From Planctomycetota bacterium (lineage in GTDB: Bacteria; Planctomycetota; Phycisphaerae; WQYP01): a stretch of DNA of 64,000 bases. Shown here in pieces: positions 45,458 through 54,986 of the stretch (position 1 is its first letter; every line of letters starts with the position of its first letter). Where the stretch lies: NCBI GenBank assembly GCA_021805985.1, contig JAJZDN010000019.1, positions 4,947 to 68,946 of the forward strand, written 5' to 3'. Below the pieces are notes generated by a model. The model was not told where the DNA came from. It made no database searches and saw only the letters and a list, made by a program, of their open reading frames with translations. Position numbers and translations under genes: made by a program.

Positions 45458-47008
45458 TCAATGGATTGATATCTTCCCATTCTTGATGGAAAGCCATGTG
45501 TCAGCGGAGCGGGCGATGTCACGGTCATGGGTCGCCATGAGAATCTTGGTATCGTGGTCGCGAACCATTTCCTGCAAAATCGCCATCAACGCATCCGTGG
45601 CCTCGAAGTCCAACGCAGCCGTGGGCTCGTCCAACAGCAGTACGTCTGGATCACCGGCCATCGTTCGCGCAACGGAAACCATTTGGGCCTGCCCGGCGGA
45701 AAGATCCGCGGGCATTCTGGCGGCCAGGTGCTCCAGGCCGAATTGCCCGATAATCATCATCGCTCGGTGCTGGCGATCCTGCCCCCGAATCCCGAAGGCA
45801 ACATTCTGCATCACCGTTAAATGCGGGAAAAGCAGCGACTGTTGAGCAGCGTATCCAATCCGGTGGACGGCCAACGCTGCCAGGGTTTCCGGCGATGGTT
45901 TGTGGGCCGTCAGGCCCGCGATGGCGCGAAGTAAAGTCGTTTTGCCCGAACCGGTTGGACCGGTCAAGACCGTGACGCCTTGCAGATTAAAATCCACCTT
46001 GAGCCTTATCGGTGACGCGATCGAAGTATCGATATGAATCGAGCTTTCGAGCCTGCGCCGATTATTGCACACCCGCCTGTTCGATCCGCTGATCCGCCGC
46101 GGCATAAACCATGCGAACAGGCCGGTAAGTCTGTCCATCGCCTTAAGCTGGCCGCCCCATCGGCGAACAGATGACAGGCCTAACAGCAGGGGTGCCGGAA
46201 TGGCCACAAGTATCAACATCCACAACAGCGGATAGACCGCACGCGGCCCGGCGTCCTGCAGATTTACCCACATCTGGATTGGAATACCGTGCGGAAAATA
46301 GGCGATAATGATTGCCACGCCAAATTCGCCCAGCGCCCTTAACCACCCGATCATCAGCGCCCAGAACAACCCGCCGGCTGCCATTGGAAGCGTTATGCCA
46401 AACCAAATGGCCATAGGGGATTTCCCCAGCATCCGGCCCACATCCTCATACCCCGGCTCAACTGCGCCAAAGGCCAGCCTTGCGGCGAATAAGTAATACG
46501 GAGCAGCCGCGTAAAAGCCAGCTATGATCAGCGCGAAAACGCTATTGGTAAGCGAAATATCCAAATGCCAGGCCAGCCGGCCCAGAATGCTCTCCGGCCC
46601 CAATACGTTGGCCAGCAACATGCCCATCGCCAATGGCGGGGTCAACAAGAAAATCAGCATCAGCCCTTCCAGAACTGCTTTGCCCGGAAATTGCTTTCGT
46701 GCCAAGATCCAGGCCAGCGGCGTGGCGAAAATGATCATAAGTACGCCATCGCTGGTGGCGCAAAATACCGACACCATCACGGCATGCCAATCAGCCAGTG
46801 CGATAGTGGGATGCTGTATCTGCCACCAGCCGGCGCCGGCAATAAAAGGCCATAGCATGATCGCGCAAAATAGTGACGCCAGCGCCGCAGTTATCGCAAC
46901 CCCCAAGGACCGCGCGCCGCCCCGAAATAGAGTCGTCCCCTCCGTCGAGACGCGCTGTTCACTGCGCTTAGCGGCGGTGCCCCGCCCATCGGTCTGGTGT
47001 GCCGTCAT
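45458..47008 (-). CDS. modBC: molybdate ABC transporter, fused permease (ModB) + ATPase (ModC)
   Basis: N-terminal 5-6 TM helices with an EAA-like loop. C-terminal LTGPTGSGKTT, LSAGQAQMVSVARTM and LLLDEPTAALD. Confidence 0.8.
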   Translation of the reverse strand: MTAHQTDGRGTAAKRSEQRVSTEGTTLFRGGARSLGVAITAALASLFCAIMLWPFIAGAGWWQIQHPTIALADWHAVMVSVFCATSDGVLMIIFATPLAWILARKQFPGKAVLEGLMLIFLLTPPLAMGMLLANVLGPESILGRLAWHLDISLTNSVFALIIAGFYAAAPYYLFAARLAFGAVEPGYEDVGRMLGKSPMAIWFGITLPMAAGGLFWALMIGWLRALGEFGVAIIIAYFPHGIPIQMWVNLQDAGPRAVYPLLWMLILVAIPAPLLLGLSSVRRWGGQLKAMDRLTGLFAWFMPRRISGSNRRVCNNRRRLESSIHIDTSIASPIRLKVDFNLQGVTVLTGPTGSGKTTLLRAIAGLTAHKPSPETLAALAVHRIGYAAQQSLLFPHLTVMQNVAFGIRGQDRQHRAMMIIGQFGLEHLAARMPADLSAGQAQMVSVARTMAGDPDVLLLDEPTAALDFEATDALMAILQEMVRDHDTKILMATHDRDIARSADTWLSIKNGKISIH

Positions 47009-48057
47009 TTGTTATTAACTCCTCGGGCTTCTGTTTTGGCAGCGATCGGAATATAGCCACACTTCCGCATCCAGACCTTGGCGGCCTTGCTAAATAGATA
47101 CCTTGCAAATTCCGCAGCTATCCGCGGATGATGGGAATGTCTTAAAATAGTGCTGTAAAAGATCAGCGGATGCGCCTTAAAACGCCAGATGTGCCCATCG
47201 TCCGATCGGACCTGCATGCTTACGCTTGAGTACTGCCGCCTGAAGCGCGACTCTCCAAGATTTATTTCCGGCGGAAGCTGCAGAAACGGTAGCGCGGCGG
47301 CACGGGCCGCAGATTGGTACGTGACGCACGCATCAAGCTGCCCCGCTCGCAACCGGAAGATCAACGACGCTTCAGTGAATATCTGCGACGGATTTTCCAC
47401 CTGCCCTAAAATTTGCTGCGCCAAAAGTGGCTGATGATAATATTTGGCCGCCAGCATCAGACATAAAACCGTGGCCTCTCCCTGCGGGTCGGTCAGCGGA
47501 TCTGTGCGGCCAAAGCGGATGTTCCCCATCTCAAGAATTTTATACCAGCTATCGGCACCATTTTTGACGGCAAGAAACTTTTTCGCCAAAGAGCTGTGCG
47601 GGCTCCACGCAAGCACCATGCGCGTGCGCGCAAAAGGCAGAGGGTTTTGCGCCATACCTGCTTTCGCAAGCAACTGAATCGGGCCGCGCGTAATGGAAAT
47701 AAACACATCGGGATTCATCTGCCGCGCCTTGATCATGCGCGCTAAACCAAATGCGCCTCGGCCAATTCCCTGGTACTGGATGTTGTGAGCCTTTGCAAAT
47801 CCGGGGCCTATGTACTGATCCATTAACGGCCCCATGGACCCGGCATAAGCGATCACCAAGGTCTTGGCCGATACGCTGCTGCACAGGAGGGCCACGCTGG
47901 AGAAAAACAGCCCGGCGAATAAGCCATCGTGGAGCGGGCGATTTCGTGTGCCTGGCCTCGATGTGACTGACTTGGCCGACGAAGCGGAAGATGGCCGCCA
48001 TCGAGTCCACGACACATGATCAAGGTTGCATAGATCAGAAAACAAAGCTTTTAGCAT
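47005..48057 (-). CDS. modA: molybdate/tungstate ABC substrate-binding protein (ModA-like)
   Basis: Signal peptide, then VIAYAGSMGPL...GIGRGAFGLARMI...PDVFISI resembles the ModA anion-binding blocks. Stop overlaps modBC. The N-terminal extension is probably shorter than the ORF shown. Confidence 0.65.
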   Translation of the reverse strand: MLKALFSDLCNLDHVSWTRWRPSSASSAKSVTSRPGTRNRPLHDGLFAGLFFSSVALLCSSVSAKTLVIAYAGSMGPLMDQYIGPGFAKAHNIQYQGIGRGAFGLARMIKARQMNPDVFISITRGPIQLLAKAGMAQNPLPFARTRMVLAWSPHSSLAKKFLAVKNGADSWYKILEMGNIRFGRTDPLTDPQGEATVLCLMLAAKYYHQPLLAQQILGQVENPSQIFTEASLIFRLRAGQLDACVTYQSAARAAALPFLQLPPEINLGESRFRRQYSSVSMQVRSDDGHIWRFKAHPLIFYSTILRHSHHPRIAAEFARYLFSKAAKVWMRKCGYIPIAAKTEARGVNNK

Positions 48058-48440
48058 TTAATTATTCCCCGCTGATAGACATTGTCACGGGCCTCCGTGC
48101 CGCCACATTGTCATTCTAGTATTCCGCAAGCGCCAAAGGAAAATGAAATTTGTGCCCACAGATGCCGCCGAATGTAACGACACTGCATGTCGTAAGGAAA
48201 AGGCTTGGCAACCCCGCGGCAAAATAAGTAATGAACTACTTGCGAATGCCGCAGAGACGCCAAGTCAGACCACTTCCAATTGAAGAATACCGCCCATGGC
48301 CCAATTTCTCGCTCCGAAATTGACTTATCGCGGGATCCGGGAATATACTGAATCGAAGAACAGTAAAATATGTTCTTCATCAAGAAGAAGCGGGGAATCA
48401 CGAGCCATCAGTAGTGTCACATGCCTATGTGGAGGTCTGT

Positions 48441-50048
48441 ATGCGTATTAAACTCCGAACGCTTCTGGCATTGATCTCGCCGGTCCTGCTTGCTGTGGCT
48501 GCCGCATACATCCAGTGGGGCACTTTGGGGCTGCCCGCGCTGCCCGCTCTCCACCATATGACGCCGCAGACAGCGAGCCAACCTTACGGCTTTCCCGCCT
48601 GGATTCGTATAACGCATCTCATCAATTTCTTCCTTATTATTCTCTTGATTCGCAGCGGTCTGCAAATTCTTATGGACCACCCTCGCCTGTATTGGAATGT
48701 CCATTGCACGCCCGGCTCTGAATGGCTTCGGCTGACGCCCGTCAAAGTACCCCGCGACCGGGTCTGGACGTCAAAGGACGATGCACGCAATCTTTCACCC
48801 TGGATAGGTCTGCCGGGCGGACGGCATACGGTTGGAATGGCGCGGCACTGGCACTTTCTTAGCGTACTATTTTGGGTTGTCAACGGCGTGGTCTTTGTGG
48901 TGCTGTTGTTCGGCACCCGGCAGTGGGAGCGCCTGGTACCGACCTCCTGGCACATTGTGCCTGCGGCGTGGGCGGTATTTGTTCACTATGCCACGTTCCA
49001 TCTGCCCCCTGAACCTGACGGCTTTTACAGTTATAATGCATTGCAGCAGTTGTCATATTTTGGCGTGGTTTTTATTCTTCCGCCGCTGGCCATGCTGGCG
49101 GGCCTCGCGATGTCTCCGGCGCTGACGAATCGCTTCAAGCGGTATCCGAAGCTACCGGGCAACCGGCAGATAGGGCGATCCCTACACTTCTTTGTCATGT
49201 GCGCCTTTGTCGCATTCATTATCGCACACGTTACGATGGTGGTGATATCCGGATTTGCCAGAAATATGAATCACATTGTAATGGGGACGGATAATACCAA
49301 TCCGATTGGATTGATAATCGGGCTGATCGCAATAGCCGTGGTGGTGGCGTTAAACGTGGCGGCAAATTGGGCAGCCCACAAGCATCCGCGCAAGGTGCAA
49401 CATGCGGCCAAGGCCATCGTGACACCCATAATGAGTTTATTGCTGGACCGCGCTGGTCCGGTGGCGCAGTTTCGCCGTGAAGACATTTCTCCATATTTTT
49501 GGCCAAACGGCAAAATGCCAGTCAGTGATGAATGGAAGAGTTTGGCTGCTGACGGCTTTAAGGATTATCGGTTGAAGATCTATGGTCTGGTACAAAATCC
49601 CGTCGAGCTTTCGTTGCGCGACATTGCGGCCCTGGAGAAGAAAACACAGATCACGCTGCATCATTGCATACAAGGCTGGTCGGGCATTGCCGCATGGAGC
49701 GGCATTCCGCTGGCACAGCTCATCGCGATGGTCGTGCCGGCACCGGAAGTAAAACATGTCGTATTTTATTCGTATGGTGAGGGCTGGCATGGCGGACAAT
49801 ACTATGACAGCTTGTCCATGCGCGACGCCCTGCATCCCAACACCACGCTGGCCTACGAGATGAACGGCAAGGCGCTGACGGATTTACATGGAGCACCACT
49901 ACGGTTACGCGTTGAGAACCAGCTTGGGTTCAAGATGGTCAAGTGGATACAGGCCATTGAGTTTGTTGAGAACATTGAATCGATTAAGCAGGGAGAAGGC
50001 GGCTATAGCGAAGATCGTGAGTATTTCGGGGAATTAGCAAACATTTGA
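48441..50048 (+). CDS. membrane-anchored molybdopterin-dependent oxidoreductase (sulfite-oxidase/MsrP-YedY family catalytic domain fused to a multi-TM N-terminal domain)
   Basis: N-terminal ~300 aa with 5-6 TM helices and conserved His residues. The C-terminal ~200 aa with HHCIQGWSGIAAWSGIPL...NGKALTDLHGAPLRLRVENQLGFKMVKWIQAIEF resembles the Moco-binding fold of the SO family. RBS GGAGG. Sits next to the Moco and mod genes. Confidence 0.6.
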   Translation: MRIKLRTLLALISPVLLAVAAAYIQWGTLGLPALPALHHMTPQTASQPYGFPAWIRITHLINFFLIILLIRSGLQILMDHPRLYWNVHCTPGSEWLRLTPVKVPRDRVWTSKDDARNLSPWIGLPGGRHTVGMARHWHFLSVLFWVVNGVVFVVLLFGTRQWERLVPTSWHIVPAAWAVFVHYATFHLPPEPDGFYSYNALQQLSYFGVVFILPPLAMLAGLAMSPALTNRFKRYPKLPGNRQIGRSLHFFVMCAFVAFIIAHVTMVVISGFARNMNHIVMGTDNTNPIGLIIGLIAIAVVVALNVAANWAAHKHPRKVQHAAKAIVTPIMSLLLDRAGPVAQFRREDISPYFWPNGKMPVSDEWKSLAADGFKDYRLKIYGLVQNPVELSLRDIAALEKKTQITLHHCIQGWSGIAAWSGIPLAQLIAMVVPAPEVKHVVFYSYGEGWHGGQYYDSLSMRDALHPNTTLAYEMNGKALTDLHGAPLRLRVENQLGFKMVKWIQAIEFVENIESIKQGEGGYSEDREYFGELANI

Positions 50049-50079
50049 CCAACCGGCGGGGGCCGTGTGGGCCGTTTCT

Positions 50080-50415
50080 CTAGTTTATAACCCGATCAAA
50101 AATCACCATGGACAGATGGATGCAAGCTTCCGCGACCGCTTGCCAACTCTTCCACTGCGAGATCAAATTGCGATATTCGGCAAGACCTTCCTCACTAAGA
50201 TCAAATGGCATGGGATTGGCCAGTTGAATAACCAACTGGAGTGTTGCTGATTCTCCACTGGGTTGCGGATAAAGTGCGTCCAGAGTTTTAAGTGCGATAA
50301 TAACGTCAGCGTCACCCATGTTGGCGGCCAGCGCGACAAAATCCAGATAATCGCGTGTGGCGTTGCGTTTAATGTTATCAGTCAGGTTGAGTGTTGTCGG
50401 ACATAATGCATCCAA
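50080..50415 (-). CDS. hypothetical protein (possibly the downstream half of a frameshifted gene with 50382-50573)
   Basis: 111-aa ORF overlapping the upstream 63-73-aa ORF by 34 nt in a different frame. Confidence 0.3.
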   Translation of the reverse strand: MDALCPTTLNLTDNIKRNATRDYLDFVALAANMGDADVIIALKTLDALYPQPSGESATLQLVIQLANPMPFDLSEEGLAEYRNLISQWKSWQAVAEACIHLSMVIFDRVIN

Positions 50416-50573
50416 AAGTGATAACGCTGAGCGTAAGGATCCGGCAGATGGGTCTTACAGACTTGAACTACTTTTGCGGCAACCGCTATATCACCTGGCA
50501 CGTTCTGCCGCAGCTCTACCCAATCTTGCCGCTGGCCGCGGGAGATAATGTCATCAATCGCCGCCAGCGTCAT
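50382..50573 (-). CDS. hypothetical small protein
   Basis: MTLAAIDDIISRGQRQDW.... The longer ORF version starts inside the 66-bp repeat. Confidence 0.3.
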   Translation of the reverse strand: MTLAAIDDIISRGQRQDWVELRQNVPGDIAVAAKVVQVCKTHLPDPYAQRYHFWMHYVRQHST

Positions 50574-50594
50574 AGTTGAAGAATTCAAATGCCG

Positions 50595-50660
50595 ATGCTG
50601 CATCTTAGCCGATCCAAATTTAAGACAGTCTTACAATAACCGAAGGGGCTATGCCGTCAA
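50595..50660. repeat. 66-bp repeat, copy B (identical to 41047-41112)
   Basis: Read directly. Confidence 0.7.
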
Positions 50661-50905
50661 ACGAATACAGTGATGGCACGGAGGCTGGCCGGCAGCGGCT
50701 CGGAAAAGATTTACGCCCGAATATAGCTTGGTGGTCCGTGCCATACCTTTCATAGATGAATCTCAAATTTAGAAATATGCCGGCGATCTGAGAGTTGCAA
50801 TTACGCTTCGCTGGGGCAGATGATATCCAATCGCGGAAAATATGTTCTGTAGCGTCCCACGTCGCGCGTGATCAGTCGGAGTCCTTCGTCACTTCCGCGT
50901 AAGTT

Positions 50906-51451
50906 TCATGATCTCATCGGTGGATACGTGATGACGGGATGACGTGTCTTTTTCCCGCGGATGCGGGCGAAGGCTGTCAACGCGTGCGGCACGGCCGCCC
51001 GTTGCGTCATAATATGCCGCACAGGAATGCCGCGGATTAGTTCCGCATCGGCGATCATCCGGCGATGACAGCGCCACCAAACGGCTTCTGCGCACATCAC
51101 GCACACACGATGCTTCGTCCGCCGCCGGTTCAGCTCCTTCAACCCCAATTCAAACTCTTCGCTTTGCATGTAGTCAGCATACCCGCGAAAGCTGGCATTG
51201 CGCCAGCCTGTGTTGACCGAGTCTTTTTTAGAATAGCGCAGGCCCCCAAGCGCAGCCAGATGGCAATAAGCGATGCCTGCTTTTGGAAGAGCCTTTTGCA
51301 TGTGTGTTTTTTCAAACCACGGAAATGCCCGCGAACGCGGAACCGTCCGCACATCAATAAGTTCCTGTATCTTCCACGTCTCCAATAACAATACAAATTC
51401 TTTCCACGTTCTTGTGGAATGGCCCACCGTGAATAACAGGCGTTTACTCAT
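50906..51451 (-). CDS. DUF488 family protein
   Basis: MSKRLLFTVGHSTR...LIDVRTVPRSRAFPWF...GIAYCHLAALGG...WRNASFRGYADYM...CVMCAEAVWWRCHRRMIAD. Confidence 0.65.
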   Translation of the reverse strand: MSKRLLFTVGHSTRTWKEFVLLLETWKIQELIDVRTVPRSRAFPWFEKTHMQKALPKAGIAYCHLAALGGLRYSKKDSVNTGWRNASFRGYADYMQSEEFELGLKELNRRRTKHRVCVMCAEAVWWRCHRRMIADAELIRGIPVRHIMTQRAAVPHALTAFARIRGKKTRHPVITYPPMRS

Positions 51452-51495
51452 TGTGCTAATCCAAATGCCGCATCCAAGCCCGGCAACCGATGCCG

Positions 51496-52432
51496 TTACG
51501 CTTCAATGTGTCCCGCTTCCGCCAGGCTTCGCAGCAGCAGATGAAAGTATACCAAGCCGCCAAAGTGGTGCCATTCTCCCAACGACTTGTGAACCTCTTG
51601 ATAATCCAGTGGTTTGGTAATATGAAGCCACCGTTGGAGGTTATTGCGAGCGCCTACATCGTCGCCGGGGAAAATATGCACCCGGCCCAGGCCGCGCAGC
51701 AGCGTATATTCCGCGGTCCAGCGCCCGACGCCCCGCAGAAGCTGCAATTGCCGCAGTGCCTGCGCATCCGGTAACGCCTCAAACCGATCGAGTTCAAGTT
51801 GGCCGCTTGCAATACCCTGCGCCAGTTCAATGATCGCCCGACTCTTGTTGTGACTGAAGCCCAGCTCCCGCAATTTCCCGGGTGATGCAACAGCCAGCGC
51901 CTGCGGTTGAGGAAATGCATGGACCGCCGCCCTTTCGATAAAAACGGCATCGCCGTAGGCCGTGGCAAGACGGTTCAGGAACCCAATGCCAACTGTCAAT
52001 GTCAGTTGCTGGCAGGCGATCGCGTTAATAATGCCTTCAAACATTCCGGTAAACCGGGGTGGTTTCATCCCACGAAATCGCCGTGCTAACTCATGCAATG
52101 GCGGATGATTTGCGGCAAAACGATAAAATTGACCCATGTTAATATTTAACCCCAGCAAACGAGGCAAGATGACGCCAATTTCCGCTTTTACCACCCTGCT
52201 CAACTCATCGCCTAGCACGGTTACATGCAGCTTTGGCGCAGTCGCTGAACCCGACTGCGTAACCGCAACGTCGACCGGCCCGCCCGGCAGCGCAATCACC
52301 CGGCGATACGTTTCACCGTCCCAGCGATCCACAGCATTTTCCTTACGGCGGCGTAAGGTCCATACGGTCAGATCGAGCCGGAACGGCGCAGTTGGCGCAA
52401 TGCAAAAGCAACTTTCACGCATGAGTATGCAA
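51496..52432 (-). CDS. HhH-GPD DNA glycosylase, AlkA-like (3-methyladenine glycosylase II family)
   Basis: AlkA-type N-terminal domain, then a HhH-GPD core with LLRGVGRWTAEYTLLRGLG and a catalytic-Asp region (FPGDDVG). Start set at the internal ATG 52432 rather than the 393-aa ORF. Confidence 0.65.
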
Positions 52433-52981
52433 CCGCCTAAATCGGCCGCCCTCCTGCCGTTGGGGACCCATGAGAACCTTGATCTGTAGCACTTGATCTG
52501 AAGCGCTTCGCCGGAATGCGGGGCGGGTAGTACACTCAACGGCTCCGCCCAGTGGGCGGGCGCACATGCACCGGCTCTGTCGAGGCTCCAGACCGATGGC
52601 GGTCGCGAGAAACTCTTCCGCACACGGACGGGGAGCGATGTAAACCGTCCCGCTCTGGCGGTCAAGCACCAGAACATCCTGCCCGATGTGCTCCTGGTCG
52701 GTCAGATCGGCTTGAAACCGCCGTGCCAAAGGCAGCAACCGCCGGAAATAAAAATCCCATCCGCCTTCTTCAAATCCGGAGCGGTATCCATCTTTCCAGA
52801 TCACTGCATCGGCTTCGGGATGGTAAGCCGTAATGATAAATCGTTCCTCGCGAAGATAACCCAGCTGATGCGCAGCCAGCACTGCTTCCATGTCCGGCAG
52901 CGGCCGAAATCCGGCTAGAACAACAATGGCCGTATGTGCGGGGTTGAATGGGGATGTGCCGTTGTCAGTGTGTCTTTCCAT
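52415..52981 (-). CDS. hypothetical protein
   Basis: 188-aa ORF upstream of and slightly overlapping the alkA-like gene. No recognisable motif. Confidence 0.3.
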   Translation of the reverse strand: MERHTDNGTSPFNPAHTAIVVLAGFRPLPDMEAVLAAHQLGYLREERFIITAYHPEADAVIWKDGYRSGFEEGGWDFYFRRLLPLARRFQADLTDQEHIGQDVLVLDRQSGTVYIAPRPCAEEFLATAIGLEPRQSRCMCARPLGGAVECTTRPAFRRSASDQVLQIKVLMGPQRQEGGRFRRLHTHA

Positions 52982-53150
52982 GTTCGGACCCTGCCGTCCA
53001 CCGGCATGTTGCGTGCGAAGCAGCTTTCCGTTCGCACTTCCTTCATCCAGACGGCGGTACGGTCCGCTATATTCTGGACTTCTTTATCTACACTATAGTA
53101 GCGCCAACTTTGCAATTCTACATTGCATAGCCGGCGATGTTTCCATTCCT

Positions 53151-53348
53151 ATGCGTAAAAAGCGACTGTTGATGATGGTCATCATCGGTGCCGGCCTTGT
53201 AGGTGTGGAACTCGTGGGGGAATTAACTGAGTTTCTGCACAGTATCTGCCGGACATATCAGCATGTCCGCTGTGAAGATATCACTATTTTGTTATGTGAA
53301 GCCGGTCCGGTATTTTTGAGGGAATTGCCATCCGATATTGATCTTTAA
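53151..53348 (+). pseudogene. internal fragment of a pyridine-nucleotide-disulfide / NDH-2-like oxidoreductase
   Basis: MRKKRLLMMVIIGAGLVGVELVGELTEF... matches the second (NADH) Rossmann block of NDH-2-type enzymes (GGGxTGVExAGEL) but is only ~65 codons long. Confidence 0.35.
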
Positions 53349-53374
53349 AGCGTCATTATAAAATATTCGTGGTC

Positions 53375-53824
53375 TTACTGCTGCTGGGAAAGTTCCTGAG
53401 CGTCCCCCATGTCCTTGGGGCGGCCCGCGGCGATCTTATTCTGAATCAGCAGTTCGCGGCTGATAAAGTTTACCGGCAGGTCATCCATTGTCGCCGCCGT
53501 CCGCGAGGCCCACGCCTGATCGAAGGTCACGCCATCAATAGATGTCATCAGATCAATGCGATTGGGTGGAAAACCGAGCTGCAATACCAGATTATCGCGG
53601 CTCAAATCCTGGGCGCTGATGTTCAATTCTTCAAAACCAAAGGTGTTGAGTGCGCCGACGATCCTTTCCCCATTATCAATTGAACTTTCAATAAACAGAT
53701 CAATATCGCCTGTGAATCGTGGTCGGCCATGAAAAGCCACCGCATATCCACCGACGATAACGTACTTAGCGCGGCTGGCGTTTAACAACGCGACAAACTC
53801 GCGCAAGTCTTTGGGAAGTTTCAT
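53375..53824 (-). CDS. nucleotidyltransferase-fold protein (putative toxin/MNT-like)
   Basis: LLNASRAKYVIVGGYAVAFHGRPRFTGDIDLFI is a classic pol-beta NTase motif (G[GS]...D.D). Confidence 0.5.
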   Translation of the reverse strand: MKLPKDLREFVALLNASRAKYVIVGGYAVAFHGRPRFTGDIDLFIESSIDNGERIVGALNTFGFEELNISAQDLSRDNLVLQLGFPPNRIDLMTSIDGVTFDQAWASRTAATMDDLPVNFISRELLIQNKIAAGRPKDMGDAQELSQQQ

Positions 53825-53999
53825 CGTTGCTCCGTTGCGCGTTAATCAGATCCAATAGAATATCCAGACGCTGGGCGGGTGAAAGAGACCTGTAGTAAGC
53901 TCCATCCGCAGCATCCGCCGCCTGATGCGAGTCAAATTTGCGGGCGGTCTTTTCCATGCCGATATTATACCGCAGAATGTCAAAGAGGCTTTTACTCAA
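53766..53999 (-). CDS. hypothetical small protein upstream of the NTase (possible partner)
   Basis: 77 aa with a TTG start that lies inside the third copy of the 66-bp repeat. Confidence 0.3.
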   Translation of the reverse strand: MSKSLFDILRYNIGMEKTARKFDSHQAADAADGAYYRSLSPAQRLDILLDLINAQRSNDETSQRLARVCRVVKRQPR

Positions 54000-54157
54000 T
54001 CCAAATTTTAGACAACGTTACAATAACTGAAGAGAATATCCCGTCAAACCAGCACAGCGATTCCATCCGGGCGCGGCGAATTTCCACTCTATACGCCCGC
54101 GCGGGAAAACGTCACGTAACCGCCGGCGCCCCCGCGAACAGTAACGTACGTTCTCAT

Positions 54158-54511
54158 TCATGTCCGCTCCAGATATTCCCGCAATGCCAAGGCGCCATTG
54201 TGCCTTTCATCACGCGCCGCGTAGACAAATGTTACGTTGCCTTTCTTCATGTATGCCCGCAAGTTTTCCACCGCCGGCTGATTATGTCGCAGTTCACACC
54301 AATACCGCTTTTTGAATTCTTCCCATTTCACGGGATCGTGCCCAAACCATTTCCGCAGTCCGGCGCTGGGCGCTATATCTTTAAGCCACAGGCCGAGTTT
54401 TGCCTTTGCTTTGGTTACGCCGCGCGGCCAAAGCCGCTCCACCAGAATCCGCATTCCATCCTCGGACGAAGCCTTATCATAAACCCGCTTGATTTGAATT
54501 CGGGCGGTCAT
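54158..54511 (-). CDS. DUF488 / YeaO-like protein
   Basis: IQIKRVYDKASSEDGMRILVERLWPRGV...WLKDIAPSAGLRKWF closely parallels E. coli YeaO. Confidence 0.7.
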   Translation of the reverse strand: MTARIQIKRVYDKASSEDGMRILVERLWPRGVTKAKAKLGLWLKDIAPSAGLRKWFGHDPVKWEEFKKRYWCELRHNQPAVENLRAYMKKGNVTFVYAARDERHNGALALREYLERT

Positions 54512-54514
54512 ACA

Positions 54515-54862
54515 TCACTCGCGAATCATCGTCAAAAGCATTCGTAATTCCACCGGTGCCTGAACCGCATGAGGTTTTCCCGCCGGCAATAGCAGCGCTT
54601 CCCCGGCGCCAATCGTTGTGGAATTCCCCGCAATCGTGATCTTCGCCTCGCCCTGGAGCACCTGTACAAGGGCATCAAACGGAGCCGTGTGTTCGCTAAG
54701 CTCCTGCCCAGCGTCAAACGCGAAGAGTGTGATATTTCCGCTTTTGCGTTTCAGCAGGATGCGGCTGACCACCCCTCCGGGCTGGACCTCAATGAGCTTG
54801 ATAAGATTTACCGCTCCATCCGGCCAAGTGTTCCGACCTTTATTTACGGGTGGTAGTTCCAT
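54515..54862 (-). CDS. cupin-domain protein
   Basis: GVVSRILLKRKSGNITLFAFDAGQELSEHTAPFDALVQVLQGEAKITIAG...GEALLLPAGKPHAV is a cupin barrel motif. ATG 54862 with AGGAT RBS. Confidence 0.6.
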   Translation of the reverse strand: MELPPVNKGRNTWPDGAVNLIKLIEVQPGGVVSRILLKRKSGNITLFAFDAGQELSEHTAPFDALVQVLQGEAKITIAGNSTTIGAGEALLLPAGKPHAVQAPVELRMLLTMIRE

Positions 54863-54986
54863 TTGATAGATCCTGTACTGGTTCTTATTTTGGCCGAGCA
54901 ACGCAAATTAATCCCAATTTTATCACGTGCCGACAGTTATTTCGGAAATGTTTTCATATCCGCGAGCACCCGCCAGACGCGCAACG

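Noticed and set aside
48111-48401. 96-aa minus-strand ORF in the modA / Mo-oxidoreductase divergent intergenic region
   Set aside because: Low-GC regulatory region. More likely promoters or a riboswitch than coding sequence.
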